NCBI GenBank assembly: GCA_963789955.1 | Contig: CAWBMV010000014.1 | Span: 28,693-92,692, forward strand | Source of the DNA: an uncultured Candidatus Rokubacteria bacterium | Lineage (GTDB): Bacteria > Methylomirabilota > Methylomirabilia > Rokubacteriales > CSP1-6 | Length of the DNA stretch: 64,000 nucleotides | Direction of reading: 5' to 3' | Part shown: one piece after another, positions 1 through 10,139 of the stretch | Layout of the letters: each line of letters begins with the position of its first letter | Numbering within the stretch: the first letter of the stretch is position 1 | Translations under genes and position numbers: made by a program | The notes under the pieces: generated by a model | Seen by the model: the letters and a program-made list of their open reading frames with translations, nothing else | What the model was told of the DNA's origin: nothing | Database searches by the model: none

Positions 1-889
1 AGATACCCGCGAGGTCGCTGATACCCTGGACCAGACTGATTTCCCACTCCGTGACCGACCGCCGCGCCGTCCACCAGATCACGAAGAAGCCGCCGACCGG
101 CCGGTCCTTGACGCGGATCGGGACGAAGAGGTCGGACTGGTGCGGGAAGTGCCGAAACGTCTCCGGATCGACGCGCGGGTCGCGTGGCATGTCGTCGGTC
201 CACACCGCGCGCCGGTGAACCCACGCCTCCTCGATTGCCCGGTGGCCTTTGATCGGAATCGGAATCCGCCGAAACGAATCGAGCATGTCGAGGGGCACGC
301 GATAGCCTGCCGTTGGCCACAGGCTGACGCGCGACGGGTCGGCGAGGTAGGCGCCGACCATATCCGCGCCGAGCGCCAGAGCGATTTCTCGCGCGACTCG
401 CCGCATGGTTTCCGTAGGGTCCCGCGTCGCGCTCAACGCGCGACTCACGGCGAGCAGTGTCTCTGTCTCGCGCAAGCGCAGCTGCTCTCGCCTCTGCAAC
501 TCTGACCGCTCCGCCTCTGCCAGTTTACGGCCGGCGATATCCCGCAGGATGGCGAGGTGGCGACCGGCTACGAACCGCGCCGTCGCACTGTACTCGACGT
601 GCCTTACCTCACCGTCGGGGCGAATCATGCGCAGCTCTCCGGCCTGCTCGCCGGAGTGGAGAAAGCTCTGCCACGCTGTTTCGAGATTCACGCCGGGCTC
701 GAGGAAGTCATCGAAGCAACGGCCGAGCAGATCGGGCGCGGACACACCAAGCAGTCGGCAGGCGGCAGGATTGACGTCAACGAACGTCCGCGCGTCGTCG
801 ACGACGATCACGGCGTCGCGGGCAGCCGCGAGGAGCGCCTCGAACTGTTGCTGGCTGGACACCCAGACTAGAGCTACTGCCGCCTCCAT
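1..889 (-). CDS. PAS + GAF domain sensor protein (3' end outside window, probably a histidine kinase)
   Basis: Hand translation, absent from the ORF track because it has no stop in the window. PAS-like DAVIVVDDARTFVDVNPAACRLLG...LRDIAGRK, then GAF-like TETMRRVAREIALALGAD...LFVPIRVKDRPVGGF. Start is ATG 889 or GTG 862. Confidence 0.75.
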   Translation of the reverse strand, partial: MEAAVALVWVSSQQQFEALLAAARDAVIVVDDARTFVDVNPAACRLLGVSAPDLLGRCFDDFLEPGVNLETAWQSFLHSGEQAGELRMIRPDGEVRHVEYSATARFVAGRHLAILRDIAGRKLAEAERSELQRREQLRLRETETLLAVSRALSATRDPTETMRRVAREIALALGADMVGAYLADPSRVSLWPTAGYRVPLDMLDSFRRIPIPIKGHRAIEEAWVHRRAVWTDDMPRDPRVDPETFRHFPHQSDLFVPIRVKDRPVGGFFVIWWTARRSVTEWEISLVQGISDLAGI

Positions 890-919
890 CGACAGTCAAG
901 GCGACCTAAGGCGTAAGCG

Positions 920-2627
920 CTACCTCCCCGCGGCGAGAGGGCCCCGGAGGACGCGGCCGGGATGGGCGCCGGTGTGCTCGCCGTCGCGCAGCACCACCTG
1001 GCCGTTCACGATCGAGGCGCGGAAGCCGGTGGCCTTCTGGCGCAGGCGCCGCGCGCCGGCGGGCAGGTCGTTCACCACCTCGGGCATGTCCGGCGCCACG
1101 CGGTCGGGATCGAAGACGATCACGTCGGCGGCCAAGCCCTCGCGCAGCAGCCCGCGCTCGTGGAGGCCCCAGGCCGACGCCGGCTCGAAGGTCAGCATCC
1201 GCACGCCCTCCTCGAGGGTGAGCGCCTGGCGGCGGCGCACCCAGTAGGCGAGCACGTGCGTCTGCAGCGACGAGTCCATGATCTGGGAGACGTGGGCGCC
1301 GGAGTCGGAGAACGTCACCACCGAGCGCGGGTGCTGCATCATCTCCAGCACGTCGTCGAGGTTCTCGTTGAAGAGCGGCTGGACGAAGAACGCCCTGAGA
1401 TCGCGCTCCAGCGCGAGCTGGATCAGCGCCTCCACGGGATCGACGCCACGCTGCGCGCGCGATCTCGGCGATCGACCGGTGCGGCCCGCACGGATCCTCC
1501 ATCAGCATGATCCAGTCGTAGTCCGGCTTCCGGGCCTCGGCGCCGACGCCGCGGCCATACTCGGCCTCGGCGGCCGCCTTCACGAGCCGCCGGCGCACCT
1601 CGGGGTCGCGCAGGAGCGCGCGCTGCTCGTCGAGCGGGCGCTCCCGCAGCTCGCGCCACTCGGGCAGGCGATCGAAGGGCAGCCGGGTCTCGAACGAGAG
1701 CACGACGGAGAGGGCGCGGCTGTGCACCTGGGCGAACATGCGCCCGCCGGCCCGCGCGGTCTCGTCGAGCGTCGCGAAGTACGCGCGCCAGACGTCCGGC
1801 ACCAAGCGCGAGCTGAACATCCCCCACGTGACCGGCACGCCGGTCTCCACCGCGAGGTCGCGCAGCCGGCCGAGGTAGTCGCGCTGGCGATCGAGGTCGC
1901 GGCCGGTGTCCTCGCCGGCGATCTCGAAGATGCCGGCGCCGAGGTCGCCCATCACCCGCACCAGCTCGCGCACCTCGTTCCACTCGGCGACGCGGCTGGC
2001 GACGGGCCGGCGGTCGGCCGTCTCGTGGTTGCGCGTGCGCGACGTCGTGAAGCCCATCGCGCCCGCGGCCAGCGCGTCGGCCAGCTCGCGCTTCATCACC
2101 GCCAGGTCCTCGGCGGTGGCCGGCTCGGAGAAGGCGCGCTCGCCCATGGCGTAGGTGCGCAGCGCCGAGTGGCCGACGTAGCCCGCGTAGTTGATGCCCT
2201 TCGGCCAGCGCGCGACGGCGTCGAGGTACTGCGCGTACGTCTCCCACGTCCACTCGATGCCCGCCTGCATGGCCTCGGCGGGGATGTCCTCGGCGCGCTC
2301 GAGGTTGCGCACGACCAGGTGCTTCTCGCCGGGCCGGCAGGGCGCCAGGGTGAAGCCGCAGTTGCCCATGACGACGCTGGTCACGCCGTGCCAGCACGAG
2401 CACGTGCCGAGCGGATCCCAGGCCACCTGCGCGTCCATGTGGGTGTGGCCGTCGATGAAGCCGGGCGCGACGACCCGATGGCGCGCGTCGATCTCCTCGC
2501 GGCCGCGCTCGTGGATGGTGCCGATGCGCGCGATGCGATCGCCACGGACGCCGACGTCGGCGCGGTAGCGCGGGAGCCCAGAGCCGTCGACCACGGTGCC
2601 GCCGCGGATCACGAGGTCGTACGTCAT
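920..2627 (-). CDS. N-acyl-D-amino-acid deacylase / amidohydrolase family protein (frameshift near 1445)
   Basis: MTYDLVIRGGTVVDGSG, PGFIDGHTHMD, SDSGAH, ADVIVFDP. The C-terminus lies in ORF 920..1435. Confidence 0.9.
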
Positions 2628-2638
2628 GTCTGGCTCTC

Positions 2639-3781
2639 CTACGCGGGTGCGAAGATGCCTTGCGTCGCCGACGGCGTGTCGGGGCCGACGGGGCTCTCGG
2701 TGCGCGCGAACGCCGAGTCGCGCTGCAGCACGGGCACCACGCGATCCGCGAAGAGGCGCATGTTGAGCTCGGCCTCCTCGTGCGGCATACCGCCGAAGCC
2801 GAACTCGGTGACGAGATGGTCGACGCCGGTGAGCCGTCGCAGCTCGGCGACCTGCTGGATGCAGTCGTCGGGCGTCCCCGTCACCTGAATCTTCACGTAG
2901 AACTCCGTCGCCTTCTTGCGGTAGCTCTCGTCCTTCATCTTCGAGTACGTCTTCGCCATCCCGCCGTAGAACTCGTAGCCCTTCACGCTCGCGAGGTGGC
3001 CGTCCGAGAAGTGGTAGTGCGTGTCGATCGAGTCCCACTTCCGCGCCAGGTAGCGCTCGGCGCGCTCCTGCGCCTCCGCGCGGCTCGATGCCACCGACAC
3101 GTTGGTGAGGATGACCGGCGGACGCGGCGCGTGACCGACGCTCAGCGAGAGCTCCTGGTAGCGCTGGATGTCCTGGGCGGCCTTCGGCCACTCGTTCTGC
3201 ATGATGACGAGGATGCCGAAGCCGAGCTTGGCCATGATCTCCGCGGACTCCGGGCTCACCGACGACGCGTAGAAGCGGCGCTCGGGGTGCGAGATCGGGC
3301 GCGGACGGATCGACGTGCGCGGGATCTTGAAGAACTCGCCCTCCCACTCGAACGAGTCGTTGGTGAGCGCGGTGACGATGATCTTCGCGGCCTCCACGAA
3401 GCGCGGTCGCGCCTCCTCCATCGGGATGCGGAAGCCGGCGTATTCGACGCTCGCGGCGCCGCGCCCGAAGCCGAACAGACAGCGGCCACCCGACATCACG
3501 TCGAGCAGCGCGATCTGCTCGGCCACACGGATCGGATCGTGCCAGGGCAGCACGATGACGGCGGTGCCCAGGGTGATGCGCTTCGTGCGTCCGGCGTAGT
3601 AGCTGAGCAGCTGCGTCGGCGAGGGAGACATGGCATAGCCGGTGAAGTGGTGCTCGAGGGCGAAGAGTGAATCGAAGCCCAGCGGCTCGGCGAGATCGCC
3701 GAGCGCCATGTGCTCGGCGAACACGGCCGCGTCCGACAACCCGGGCTTCTGGAGCATGTTGAGGGCGACGCCGACCTTCAC
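2639..3781 (-). CDS. LLM class flavin-dependent oxidoreductase
   Basis: EHHFTGY, LGTAVIVLPWHDPIRVAEQ, GFGRG. The GTG start overlaps the upstream TGA and has a GGAGG RBS. Confidence 0.9.
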   Translation of the reverse strand: MKVGVALNMLQKPGLSDAAVFAEHMALGDLAEPLGFDSLFALEHHFTGYAMSPSPTQLLSYYAGRTKRITLGTAVIVLPWHDPIRVAEQIALLDVMSGGRCLFGFGRGAASVEYAGFRIPMEEARPRFVEAAKIIVTALTNDSFEWEGEFFKIPRTSIRPRPISHPERRFYASSVSPESAEIMAKLGFGILVIMQNEWPKAAQDIQRYQELSLSVGHAPRPPVILTNVSVASSRAEAQERAERYLARKWDSIDTHYHFSDGHLASVKGYEFYGGMAKTYSKMKDESYRKKATEFYVKIQVTGTPDDCIQQVAELRRLTGVDHLVTEFGFGGMPHEEAELNMRLFADRVVPVLQRDSAFARTESPVGPDTPSATQGIFAPA

Positions 3782-4899
3782 GATGCGCCTCCTGCCGCCG
3801 GCGCGGCGCCGAGCCCGTAGAGCTCGGCCACGTTGTCGTGGAGCACGAGGTCGCGCTCCTCCTCGGTCAGGTGCGCGGCCTGCTTCGCCAGCACCTCCTG
3901 CGAGTTCGGCCACGTGGAATCGCTGTGCGGGAAGTCGTTCGCCCACATGAGCCGGCGGACGTTGCAGAGATCCTTCACCTGGAAGGCCACCCAGTCGTCC
4001 TGGAACGTCGTGTAGACGTGCTCGCGGAAGTATTCGCTCGGCATCCGCGTGATCGCGCTCCCGGTGAGCCAGTATCGGTGCCGCTCGTACGCGTGGTCCA
4101 TGCGGTACATGAAGTGGGGTACCCAGCCGGCGTCGGCTTCGACGCAGACGAGCTTGAGCTTGGGGTGGCGCTCGAACACGCCGCTGAAGATGAACATGCC
4201 GATGATGTCCTGGCAGCCGCGGATGATCGACATGAATGCGTTGAGCTTGGGCCCGCGTGTCTTGAACGTGTCGCTGCTGCTCGTGAGGATGTGGAACGAC
4301 AGCGGCAGCTTCAGGTCGACGGCGGCCTCCCAGAACGGATCGTACATGGGTCGTCGTAGTCCGCGACCGCGGGGTTCCCCGGCATCATCACGCCGCGCAG
4401 TCCGAGCGCCTTGATGCGCTGGAGATCGCGGATTCCGTCGTCGACCGAGCGCATCGCGGTCTGGCCGATGCCGAGCAGACGATCCGGATGCGCCGACGCG
4501 TACTCGCCGATCCAGTCGTTGTAGGCCGTCGAAGCACGCGTGCTTGAAGTCGAAGTCCGGATGGTTGCACAGCATCATGCCGACGGTCGGGTACAGGATC
4601 TCCGCGGCCACGCCGTCGCGATCCTGATCGGCGAGCCGGGCGTGCGGATCCCAACCGCCGCGATGGAGATCCTCGAACCGGATGCCGAACACGGTCAGCT
4701 CCTCGGCACGCTTCCCGGCCGCGGCCACGAGGCCCATCGGAACCGGCTTCGACAGCCCGTCGATGACGAAGAGATCGCCGCGCTGCGGATCGCGCACGAC
4801 GTGCGGCGCGCGGTCGCGGAACTTCGCGTCGATCCGGTCGACGTACGTGGTCGGCGGCTCGGTGATGTGCGAATCGGCGGAGATGATCGGTTTCGCCAT
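3778..4899 (-). CDS. Amidohydrolase_2 family protein (two compensating frameshifts near 4530 and 4350)
   Basis: ISADSHITEP, ADQDRDGV, EADAGWVP, WANDFPHSDSTWP. The middle segment (YNDWIGEYASAHPDRLLG) reads in another frame. Confidence 0.88.
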   Translation of the reverse strand: MAKPIISADSHITEPPTTYVDRIDAKFRDRAPHVVRDPQRGDLFVIDGLSKPVPMGLVAAAGKRAEELTVFGIRFEDLHRGGWDPHARLADQDRDGVAAEILYPTVGMMLCNHPDFDFKHACFDGLQRLDRRVRVGASGSSARHRPDRDALGRRRNPRSPAHQGARTARRDDAGEPRGRGLRRPMYDPFWEAAVDLKLPLSFHILTSSSDTFKTRGPKLNAFMSIIRGCQDIIGMFIFSGVFERHPKLKLVCVEADAGWVPHFMYRMDHAYERHRYWLTGSAITRMPSEYFREHVYTTFQDDWVAFQVKDLCNVRRLMWANDFPHSDSTWPNSQEVLAKQAAHLTEEERDLVLHDNVAELYGLGAAPAAGGAS

Positions 4900-5070
4900 G
4901 TGAACTCCCCTCGCCAACCGCGCGCCTCGAGGCCCGGCCGGAGTGTCGTTGACCAATCGTTTGGTGGGTCCAGGACAGTAGGATACCGAGAGCCGTCTCT
5001 CAACTCAACGGCGCAGGGGCAAAGGCATCGACTAACCCGGCGCGCTTGAGTCGAGCAGCGCCATCCAACT

Positions 5071-5529
5071 TCACTCAATACGCTTTTCGTAGCACAGGCT
5101 GACGGGGTCGTTTCGGTAGCTTCCAAACGGCGGAATACGGGTGAACCCCTCCCGTTCGTATAACCGGATGGCCGCGTGTTGATGGATGCCGGTCTCCAGA
5201 CGCAGTATCCCCACCTCGTGAGTCCTGGCGTAGGCGGCCAGGTGGTCGAGCATCAACTTGCCGTAACCCAAGCCGCGAAACTGCGGTCGCACCCACATGC
5301 GTTTGATCTCGCCATACTCCGTGCCGAACAATTTGATGCCGCCACAACCGGCCGGAGCACCGCTATCGCGGATGACGAAGAACGCGACAGCGTCGGCAAT
5401 CAGCTTTTGCACGCTAAAACCATGTCGGCTCTCGCGCGGATAGAGCGGTGTCAGATGCGCGTCGAGCTCCGCGATCAACGCTGTGGCGTCGGAGCTGGCA
5501 GGATGTTCCGGCGTTATGACCGTTGCCAT
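5071..5529 (-). CDS. GNAT family N-acetyltransferase
   Basis: EIKRMWVRPQFRGLGYG acetyl-CoA motif, LETGIHQHAAIRLYE, GGAGG RBS. Confidence 0.9.
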   Translation of the reverse strand: MATVITPEHPASSDATALIAELDAHLTPLYPRESRHGFSVQKLIADAVAFFVIRDSGAPAGCGGIKLFGTEYGEIKRMWVRPQFRGLGYGKLMLDHLAAYARTHEVGILRLETGIHQHAAIRLYEREGFTRIPPFGSYRNDPVSLCYEKRIE

Positions 5530-5568
5530 ATGTAGTGCCTCCGCACGACGGTACTGACGACGATCCGG

Positions 5569-6870
5569 CTATGGGACGCGGGTAGCCTGAGCAGGAGCGG
5601 CAGGCCGACTCACCATAGCCGCGGCCGCTCGCTGACGCTCGTACCAGCGGGACATCAACTCCATCGCAAGCCACGCCGCCGAGCAGCCGACCAGGAGCGA
5701 TAGCCGTCCCGTTCCCCAGCCCCATCGGTCCACGATCCAGGCGAATATTGTCGGGGAAGCGGCATTCACCACGAGCACGGGCGTGGCGATCAGGCCGAGC
5801 ACGGCGCCATACCCCTGGACGCCGAACAGCGCGAGCGGAACCGCGCCGCGGACAATCGTGATCACACCCTGCGACGCGCCCATGAGCAGTGTGAACGCGA
5901 CGACCAGCGGCAGGCTGCCGGTGCCCACCAGCAGTAGGGCCAACGCGGGAGGCAGGATGCCGATCGCAATGCGGCCTACGGTGATCGCGCGCAAGTTCCG
6001 CGCGAAGGCGATCTCGACGACCCGCCCACCGAACTGCGCCACGCCCTTCAGGGAGGCGATCCAGACCGCGGCCGCGGTCGCCAAACCCGCTGCCTCCAGC
6101 AAGGGGACGAGCTGCACCGAAATCACACCGAACACGAACCCGTTCAGCGACATGATGAGCGCGAAGAGCGCGATGGCGATCGAGCGGGCCGTGCCCTCCA
6201 GCGGAGGCCCGTCTGCCGACTCCACGGCGCCGCTCGCCCGCCCAGTGCTTCGGTCCGATTCTCGTCGCGCGAGACCTAACCAGTGCAGCGGCAAGCAGAC
6301 TGCCAGGTTGATGAGTGCGAACACGACCAGAGTCTGCCGCCAGCCCAGCTGTTCGTTGAGCGCCTGGCCGACCGGCCAGAACACTGACGAGGCGAACGCT
6401 CCGAACAACGTCAGGTAGGAAATCGCCTTCCGCCCGCGCGACGGCACGATCTGCACGAGCGCGGCAAACGCCGCGTCGTACAGGCACAACCGCATCCCGA
6501 CGCCCAGGAACGCCCAGACCACCAGGTAGGCGGCTTCGTGGCGCACCTGCGACAGCGCGAAGAGACCGATGGAGACAAGCGCGGTGCCGAGCGTCATCAC
6601 GGCGCGCCCGCCGTGCCGGTCGATCGCACGGCCGACTGCATTGGAGAAGACGCCCATCGCGAGCAGCGCGACGGTAAAGCCGAGGAAGACGAAACCACGG
6701 CTCCAACCGGTGTCTCGACTGATCGGCCCCGCGAGGACTCCGAGGCAGTAGTAGCTGGTCCCCCAGGCCGTGATCTGCGTGATGCCGAGCGCCACCACCG
6801 CGCCGACCATGGGATCGCTGAAGCGCGTGAGCCAAGCGGCGCGCTGGTTCGCGCGTGGTGCGGCGCTCAT
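5569..6870 (-). CDS. arsK: MFS transporter, ArsK-like arsenical efflux pump
   Basis: About 12 TM segments. LGITQITAWGTSYY, LYDAAFAALVQI and ISYLTLFGAFASSVFWP resemble ArsK-type MFS proteins. Directly downstream of arsR-arsI. Confidence 0.7.
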   Translation of the reverse strand: MSAAPRANQRAAWLTRFSDPMVGAVVALGITQITAWGTSYYCLGVLAGPISRDTGWSRGFVFLGFTVALLAMGVFSNAVGRAIDRHGGRAVMTLGTALVSIGLFALSQVRHEAAYLVVWAFLGVGMRLCLYDAAFAALVQIVPSRGRKAISYLTLFGAFASSVFWPVGQALNEQLGWRQTLVVFALINLAVCLPLHWLGLARRESDRSTGRASGAVESADGPPLEGTARSIAIALFALIMSLNGFVFGVISVQLVPLLEAAGLATAAAVWIASLKGVAQFGGRVVEIAFARNLRAITVGRIAIGILPPALALLLVGTGSLPLVVAFTLLMGASQGVITIVRGAVPLALFGVQGYGAVLGLIATPVLVVNAASPTIFAWIVDRWGWGTGRLSLLVGCSAAWLAMELMSRWYERQRAAAAMVSRPAAPAQATRVP

Positions 6871-6949
6871 CGCGTATCGCCTCTACCGGCCGCTCGTACG
6901 AGCGTCGCGCTGAGGGGTGGCGCGGGTGACGCGCCGCGCCGCCCTCGCA

Positions 6950-7411
6950 CTACGACGAGCAGCTGCTGGTGCCCCCACAGCACGAGCTCGCACCGACCAC
7001 CGCCAGGCTCGGCCGCTTCGCCATCACGTCTTCCTCGCCCTCGAGGTCGTAGTTGAGGTGGTACACCTCCCACTCGACGCCGTCCGGATCCTTCACCCAG
7101 AACTTGTCCTGGTTGGCGTGGCAGCAGTTGACCCCCATCTCTTCCTTTACCGGAAGGCCAGCCGCCTTGACGCGGGCGAGCTGCGACGTCACGGTCTCGA
7201 CCGAGTCGACCTGGACACCGACGTGGTCGATGGTCCCCGCCCCGATCGGGCCACCGGTAGAAAGCGCGAGGTTGACGGGCGCCCATTCGGGCAGGAACTT
7301 GACGTAGCCTTGCTTCACCTTCACCGGGTCCCCGCCCAGGAACTTTTCGTAGAAGTCGCGGCTCTTGGTGAGGTCCGACACGTGCATGTGGAGATGGACC
7401 TTTGCGCTCAT
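6950..7411 (-). CDS. arsI: ArsI/CadI family VOC protein (C-As lyase-like)
   Basis: HLHMHV, DHVGVQV, vicinal Cys pair in NCCHANQDKFWVKDPDGVEWEVY, Cys-rich tail. Confidence 0.85.
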   Translation of the reverse strand: MSAKVHLHMHVSDLTKSRDFYEKFLGGDPVKVKQGYVKFLPEWAPVNLALSTGGPIGAGTIDHVGVQVDSVETVTSQLARVKAAGLPVKEEMGVNCCHANQDKFWVKDPDGVEWEVYHLNYDLEGEEDVMAKRPSLAVVGASSCCGGTSSCSS

Positions 7412-7419
7412 GGCTCCCC

Positions 7420-7728
7420 CTAACAGCAGGCGGTGAGCAGGCGTACCAACGCAGTCACCCGCTCCCGCTGCACCGAATAATAGATGTACCGCTCTTCCTT
7501 CCGACTCTCGACCAGGCCGGCCCGACGCAGGACGTCGAGATGATGGGACAGCGTCGGCCCTGGGATCTCGACCGCCTCCTGGATCTCGCCCACGGACATC
7601 TCCCGGCCGGCCTTCACCAGCAGGAAGAACACCTGCAAACGACTGAGATGGGCGAGCGCCTTGAACGCCTCGACGTGCGTCTCATCGGCCGACAACCGCG
7701 CCACCGGCAAGCGGGCTATCGTCTTCAT
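7420..7728 (-). CDS. arsR: ArsR/SmtB family repressor with C-terminal Cys-Cys
   Basis: FKALAHLSRLQVF, PTLSHHLDVLRRAGLV; ends LLTACC. Confidence 0.9.
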   Translation of the reverse strand: MKTIARLPVARLSADETHVEAFKALAHLSRLQVFFLLVKAGREMSVGEIQEAVEIPGPTLSHHLDVLRRAGLVESRKEERYIYYSVQRERVTALVRLLTACC

Positions 7729-7729
7729 A

Positions 7730-7764
7730 TTTCGAAGTATATGGAACTATCGAAAACTTGTCAA
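7730..7764 (-). promoter_or_regulatory. sigma-70 promoter with overlapping inverted-repeat operator for the ars operon (leaderless arsR)
   Basis: Minus strand reads TTGACA-17 bp-TATACT-7 bp-ATG. Inverted repeat TTTCGA-N14-TCGAAA at 7730-7755. Confidence 0.8.
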
Positions 7765-8073
7765 GGGCCGCGGCGCCGGCCGTGGAGCAAAGCGCAGGCG
7801 AGCTCGCCAAGCGTCTCGAGGCCCTTTTCGATCCGCGGATGCCAGGCCGAGCCGCAGCTGAGTCGCAGACAATTCGCGTAGCGGTCGCTCGCGGAAAACA
7901 CGTCGCCCGGCACGAAGCACACCCCCTCCTTCAACGCCGCCGCGAAGAGCTCGCGGCGCGCAAGAGGCTTCGGGAGCTGCAGCCACAGCACGAAGCCGCC
8001 GTCCGGCCGGCTCACTCTCGTGCCCCGCGGGAACACCCGGTCGATGTTTTCTCTGAACGTCCGTCGAACCCGG
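7761..8073 (-). pseudogene. C-terminal remnant of a MocR/GntR PLP-dependent aminotransferase-like regulator
   Basis: RVRRTFRENIDRVFPRGTRVSRPDGGFVLWLQLP...FVPGDVFS...CLRLSCG. The HTH and most of the PLP domain are missing. Confidence 0.75.
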
Positions 8074-8075
8074 AC

Positions 8076-8118
8076 AACAACTGTTATGGTTCTACATTGA
8101 ATGATCTGTAACTGTTTC
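8076..8118. promoter_or_regulatory. AT-rich divergent promoter region with CTGT repeats (MocR-type operator-like)
   Basis: aaCTGTTATGGTtctacattgaatgatCTGTaaCTGTtt, between the MocR remnant and the phzF-like gene. Confidence 0.45.
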
Positions 8119-8192
8119 CCCGGGTGCCGCTCTGCTAGATTCCGATCGTGGCATCAACCTGGGGTCGACCTGGCCGCGAAGAGGAGCTCGCG

Positions 8193-9047
8193 ATGAATAC
8201 GCTCGCCTTCCAGCAAGTGGATGTCTTCACCGCCGTGCCGTTCAAGGGCAACCCCGTCGCCGTCGTGCTCGATGGCGACGAGTTACCGAGCGCGCAGATG
8301 CAGTCGATCGCCGCCTGGACCAACCTGTCCGAGACGACGTTCGTCTGCACGCCGACGGACCAGCGGGCCGACTACCGCCTGCGCATCTTCACGCCCAAGC
8401 GGGAGCTCCCCTTCGCCGGACATCCCACGATCGGATCGGCCCACGCCGTGCTACGCCATGGCCTCAAACCCCGGGTCGCCGGTAATCTGGTGCAGGAGTG
8501 CGCCAAGGGGCTCGTCGACATCAAGATCGACGGCGAGCGCCTGCTTCTCGCGCTGCCCGAGCCACATTTCCGCGAGCCCACCCCGCAGCAGGTCGCCGCG
8601 GTCGCCGAGGGGCTCGGCGTCATGACGGCGCAGATTCAGCGCGCGGCGATCATCGACGTCGGACCGGTGTGGTTCACCGTCCAGCTCGCGAGCGGCGACG
8701 GCGTCAGTGCGCTCGCGCCCGATATGGCCAAGCTCGCGGCGCTGAGCCCGATCGGCATGACGGGAGTCAACGTGTTCGGCCTGTATCCCCGGGGCGGAAG
8801 CGCCGACATCGAGGTGCGCTCGTTCGCCCCGGGCGAAGGCGTTCCCGAGGATCCGGTGTGCGGGAGCGGTAACGGGTGCGTGGCGGCGCTCGTGCGCCGG
8901 GACGGCGTGTTGAAGACGCAGGCATATGTCGCCAGTCAGGGCCGGTGCCTCGGCCGTGACGGTCAGGTCACCGTCGAGTTCGACGGCACCACGATCTGGC
9001 TGGGTGGCCACGCCGTCACCTGCGTGGAAGGTGTGCTGCAACCCTGA
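8193..9047 (+). CDS. PhzF family isomerase/epimerase
   Basis: QVDVFT..PFKGNPVAVV, NLSETTF, ELPFAGHPTIG, EDPVCGSGN; GAGGAG RBS. Confidence 0.92.
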   Translation: MNTLAFQQVDVFTAVPFKGNPVAVVLDGDELPSAQMQSIAAWTNLSETTFVCTPTDQRADYRLRIFTPKRELPFAGHPTIGSAHAVLRHGLKPRVAGNLVQECAKGLVDIKIDGERLLLALPEPHFREPTPQQVAAVAEGLGVMTAQIQRAAIIDVGPVWFTVQLASGDGVSALAPDMAKLAALSPIGMTGVNVFGLYPRGGSADIEVRSFAPGEGVPEDPVCGSGNGCVAALVRRDGVLKTQAYVASQGRCLGRDGQVTVEFDGTTIWLGGHAVTCVEGVLQP

Positions 9048-9066
9048 TTTGCAGAGGAGTCGAGGA

Positions 9067-10137
9067 TCACGACCGCGCGATCAGATGCTCGTCGCCCACG
9101 TTCCAGCCGACCGTGACCGTCGCGCCCTCGCGGACCGCGTCGGGCTGCGCGCCCGCGATACGGACGCGCACGCTGTGACCTCCGGCGTCGCCGATGATGA
9201 GTACGCTGTCGCCGTAGTTGACGATCACGCCAATCTTGACCGCCAGGCGGTTCAGAAACGTCGCGCCGTCGCGGACCAGCTGAAGACGCTCGGGGCGCAG
9301 GAGCACGTCGGCGGGCGCGCCCGCAAGGCGCCGGCAAGCGCCCTCATCCGCCTGAATGGGCCCGAGGCCGTTGAGCTCCACGCGCCCCGGCGCGGCAGAG
9401 TCGACGCGACCGGTGAAGAAGTTGCTGTCGCCGATGAACTCGCCCACGAATCGGGTGCGCGGGCGGTGATACACCTCGAGCGGCGGCGCCGTCTGTTCGA
9501 GCGTACCGTGGCTGAAGACCGCGATGCGATCGGACATCGTCATCGCCTCGGTCTGGTCGTGTGTCACGTACACCATCGTGATGCCGACCTCCCGGTGGAT
9601 GCGCTTGAGCTCGACCTGCATCTGCTCCCGTAGGTTCTTGTCCAGGGCGCCGAGTGGCTCGTCCAGCAGGAGGACGTCAGGATTGAAGACGAGGGCGCGC
9701 GCGAGGGCGACGCGCTGCTGCTGGCCGCCCGACATCTCCCGCGGATGCTTGTCGGCGAACCGGCGCAGCCCGACCAGATCGAGGATCTCGCGAACGCGCT
9801 CCGCCTGCTGCGCGCGCGGAAACGCGCGCATGCGGAGCGGAAAGGCGACGTTGCGCTCGACCGTCATGTGGGGGAACAGGGCATAGTTCTGGAAGACGAC
9901 GCCGATGTTGCGCTCGTACGGCTTGCGGCGCGTCAGATCCTCGCCGCTGAGCTCGATGGCGCCGCTGGTCGGCTCCTCGAAGCCCGCGATCATCATCAGC
10001 GTCGTTGTCTTGCCCGAGCCACTCGGGCCGAGCAAGGTGAGGAACTCGCCCTTCGCGATGTCGAGGCTGATCCCGTCGACGGCGTTGACGCGGCCGTCGT
10101 AGGACTTCACGAGCCGGTCGAGCTTCAGGTATGCCAG
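9067..10137 (-). CDS. ABC transporter ATP-binding protein (PotA-like)
   Basis: GPSGSGKTT, MSGGQQQR, LLLDEP. Start uncertain: CTG at 10137 after GGAG. Confidence 0.9.
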   Translation of the reverse strand: MAYLKLDRLVKSYDGRVNAVDGISLDIAKGEFLTLLGPSGSGKTTTLMMIAGFEEPTSGAIELSGEDLTRRKPYERNIGVVFQNYALFPHMTVERNVAFPLRMRAFPRAQQAERVREILDLVGLRRFADKHPREMSGGQQQRVALARALVFNPDVLLLDEPLGALDKNLREQMQVELKRIHREVGITMVYVTHDQTEAMTMSDRIAVFSHGTLEQTAPPLEVYHRPRTRFVGEFIGDSNFFTGRVDSAAPGRVELNGLGPIQADEGACRRLAGAPADVLLRPERLQLVRDGATFLNRLAVKIGVIVNYGDSVLIIGDAGGHSVRVRIAGAQPDAVREGATVTVGWNVGDEHLIARS

Positions 10138-10139
10138 TG

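Noticed and set aside
8193..9047. Phenazine biosynthesis cluster
   Set aside because: Lone PhzF-family gene with no phzA/B/D/E/G.
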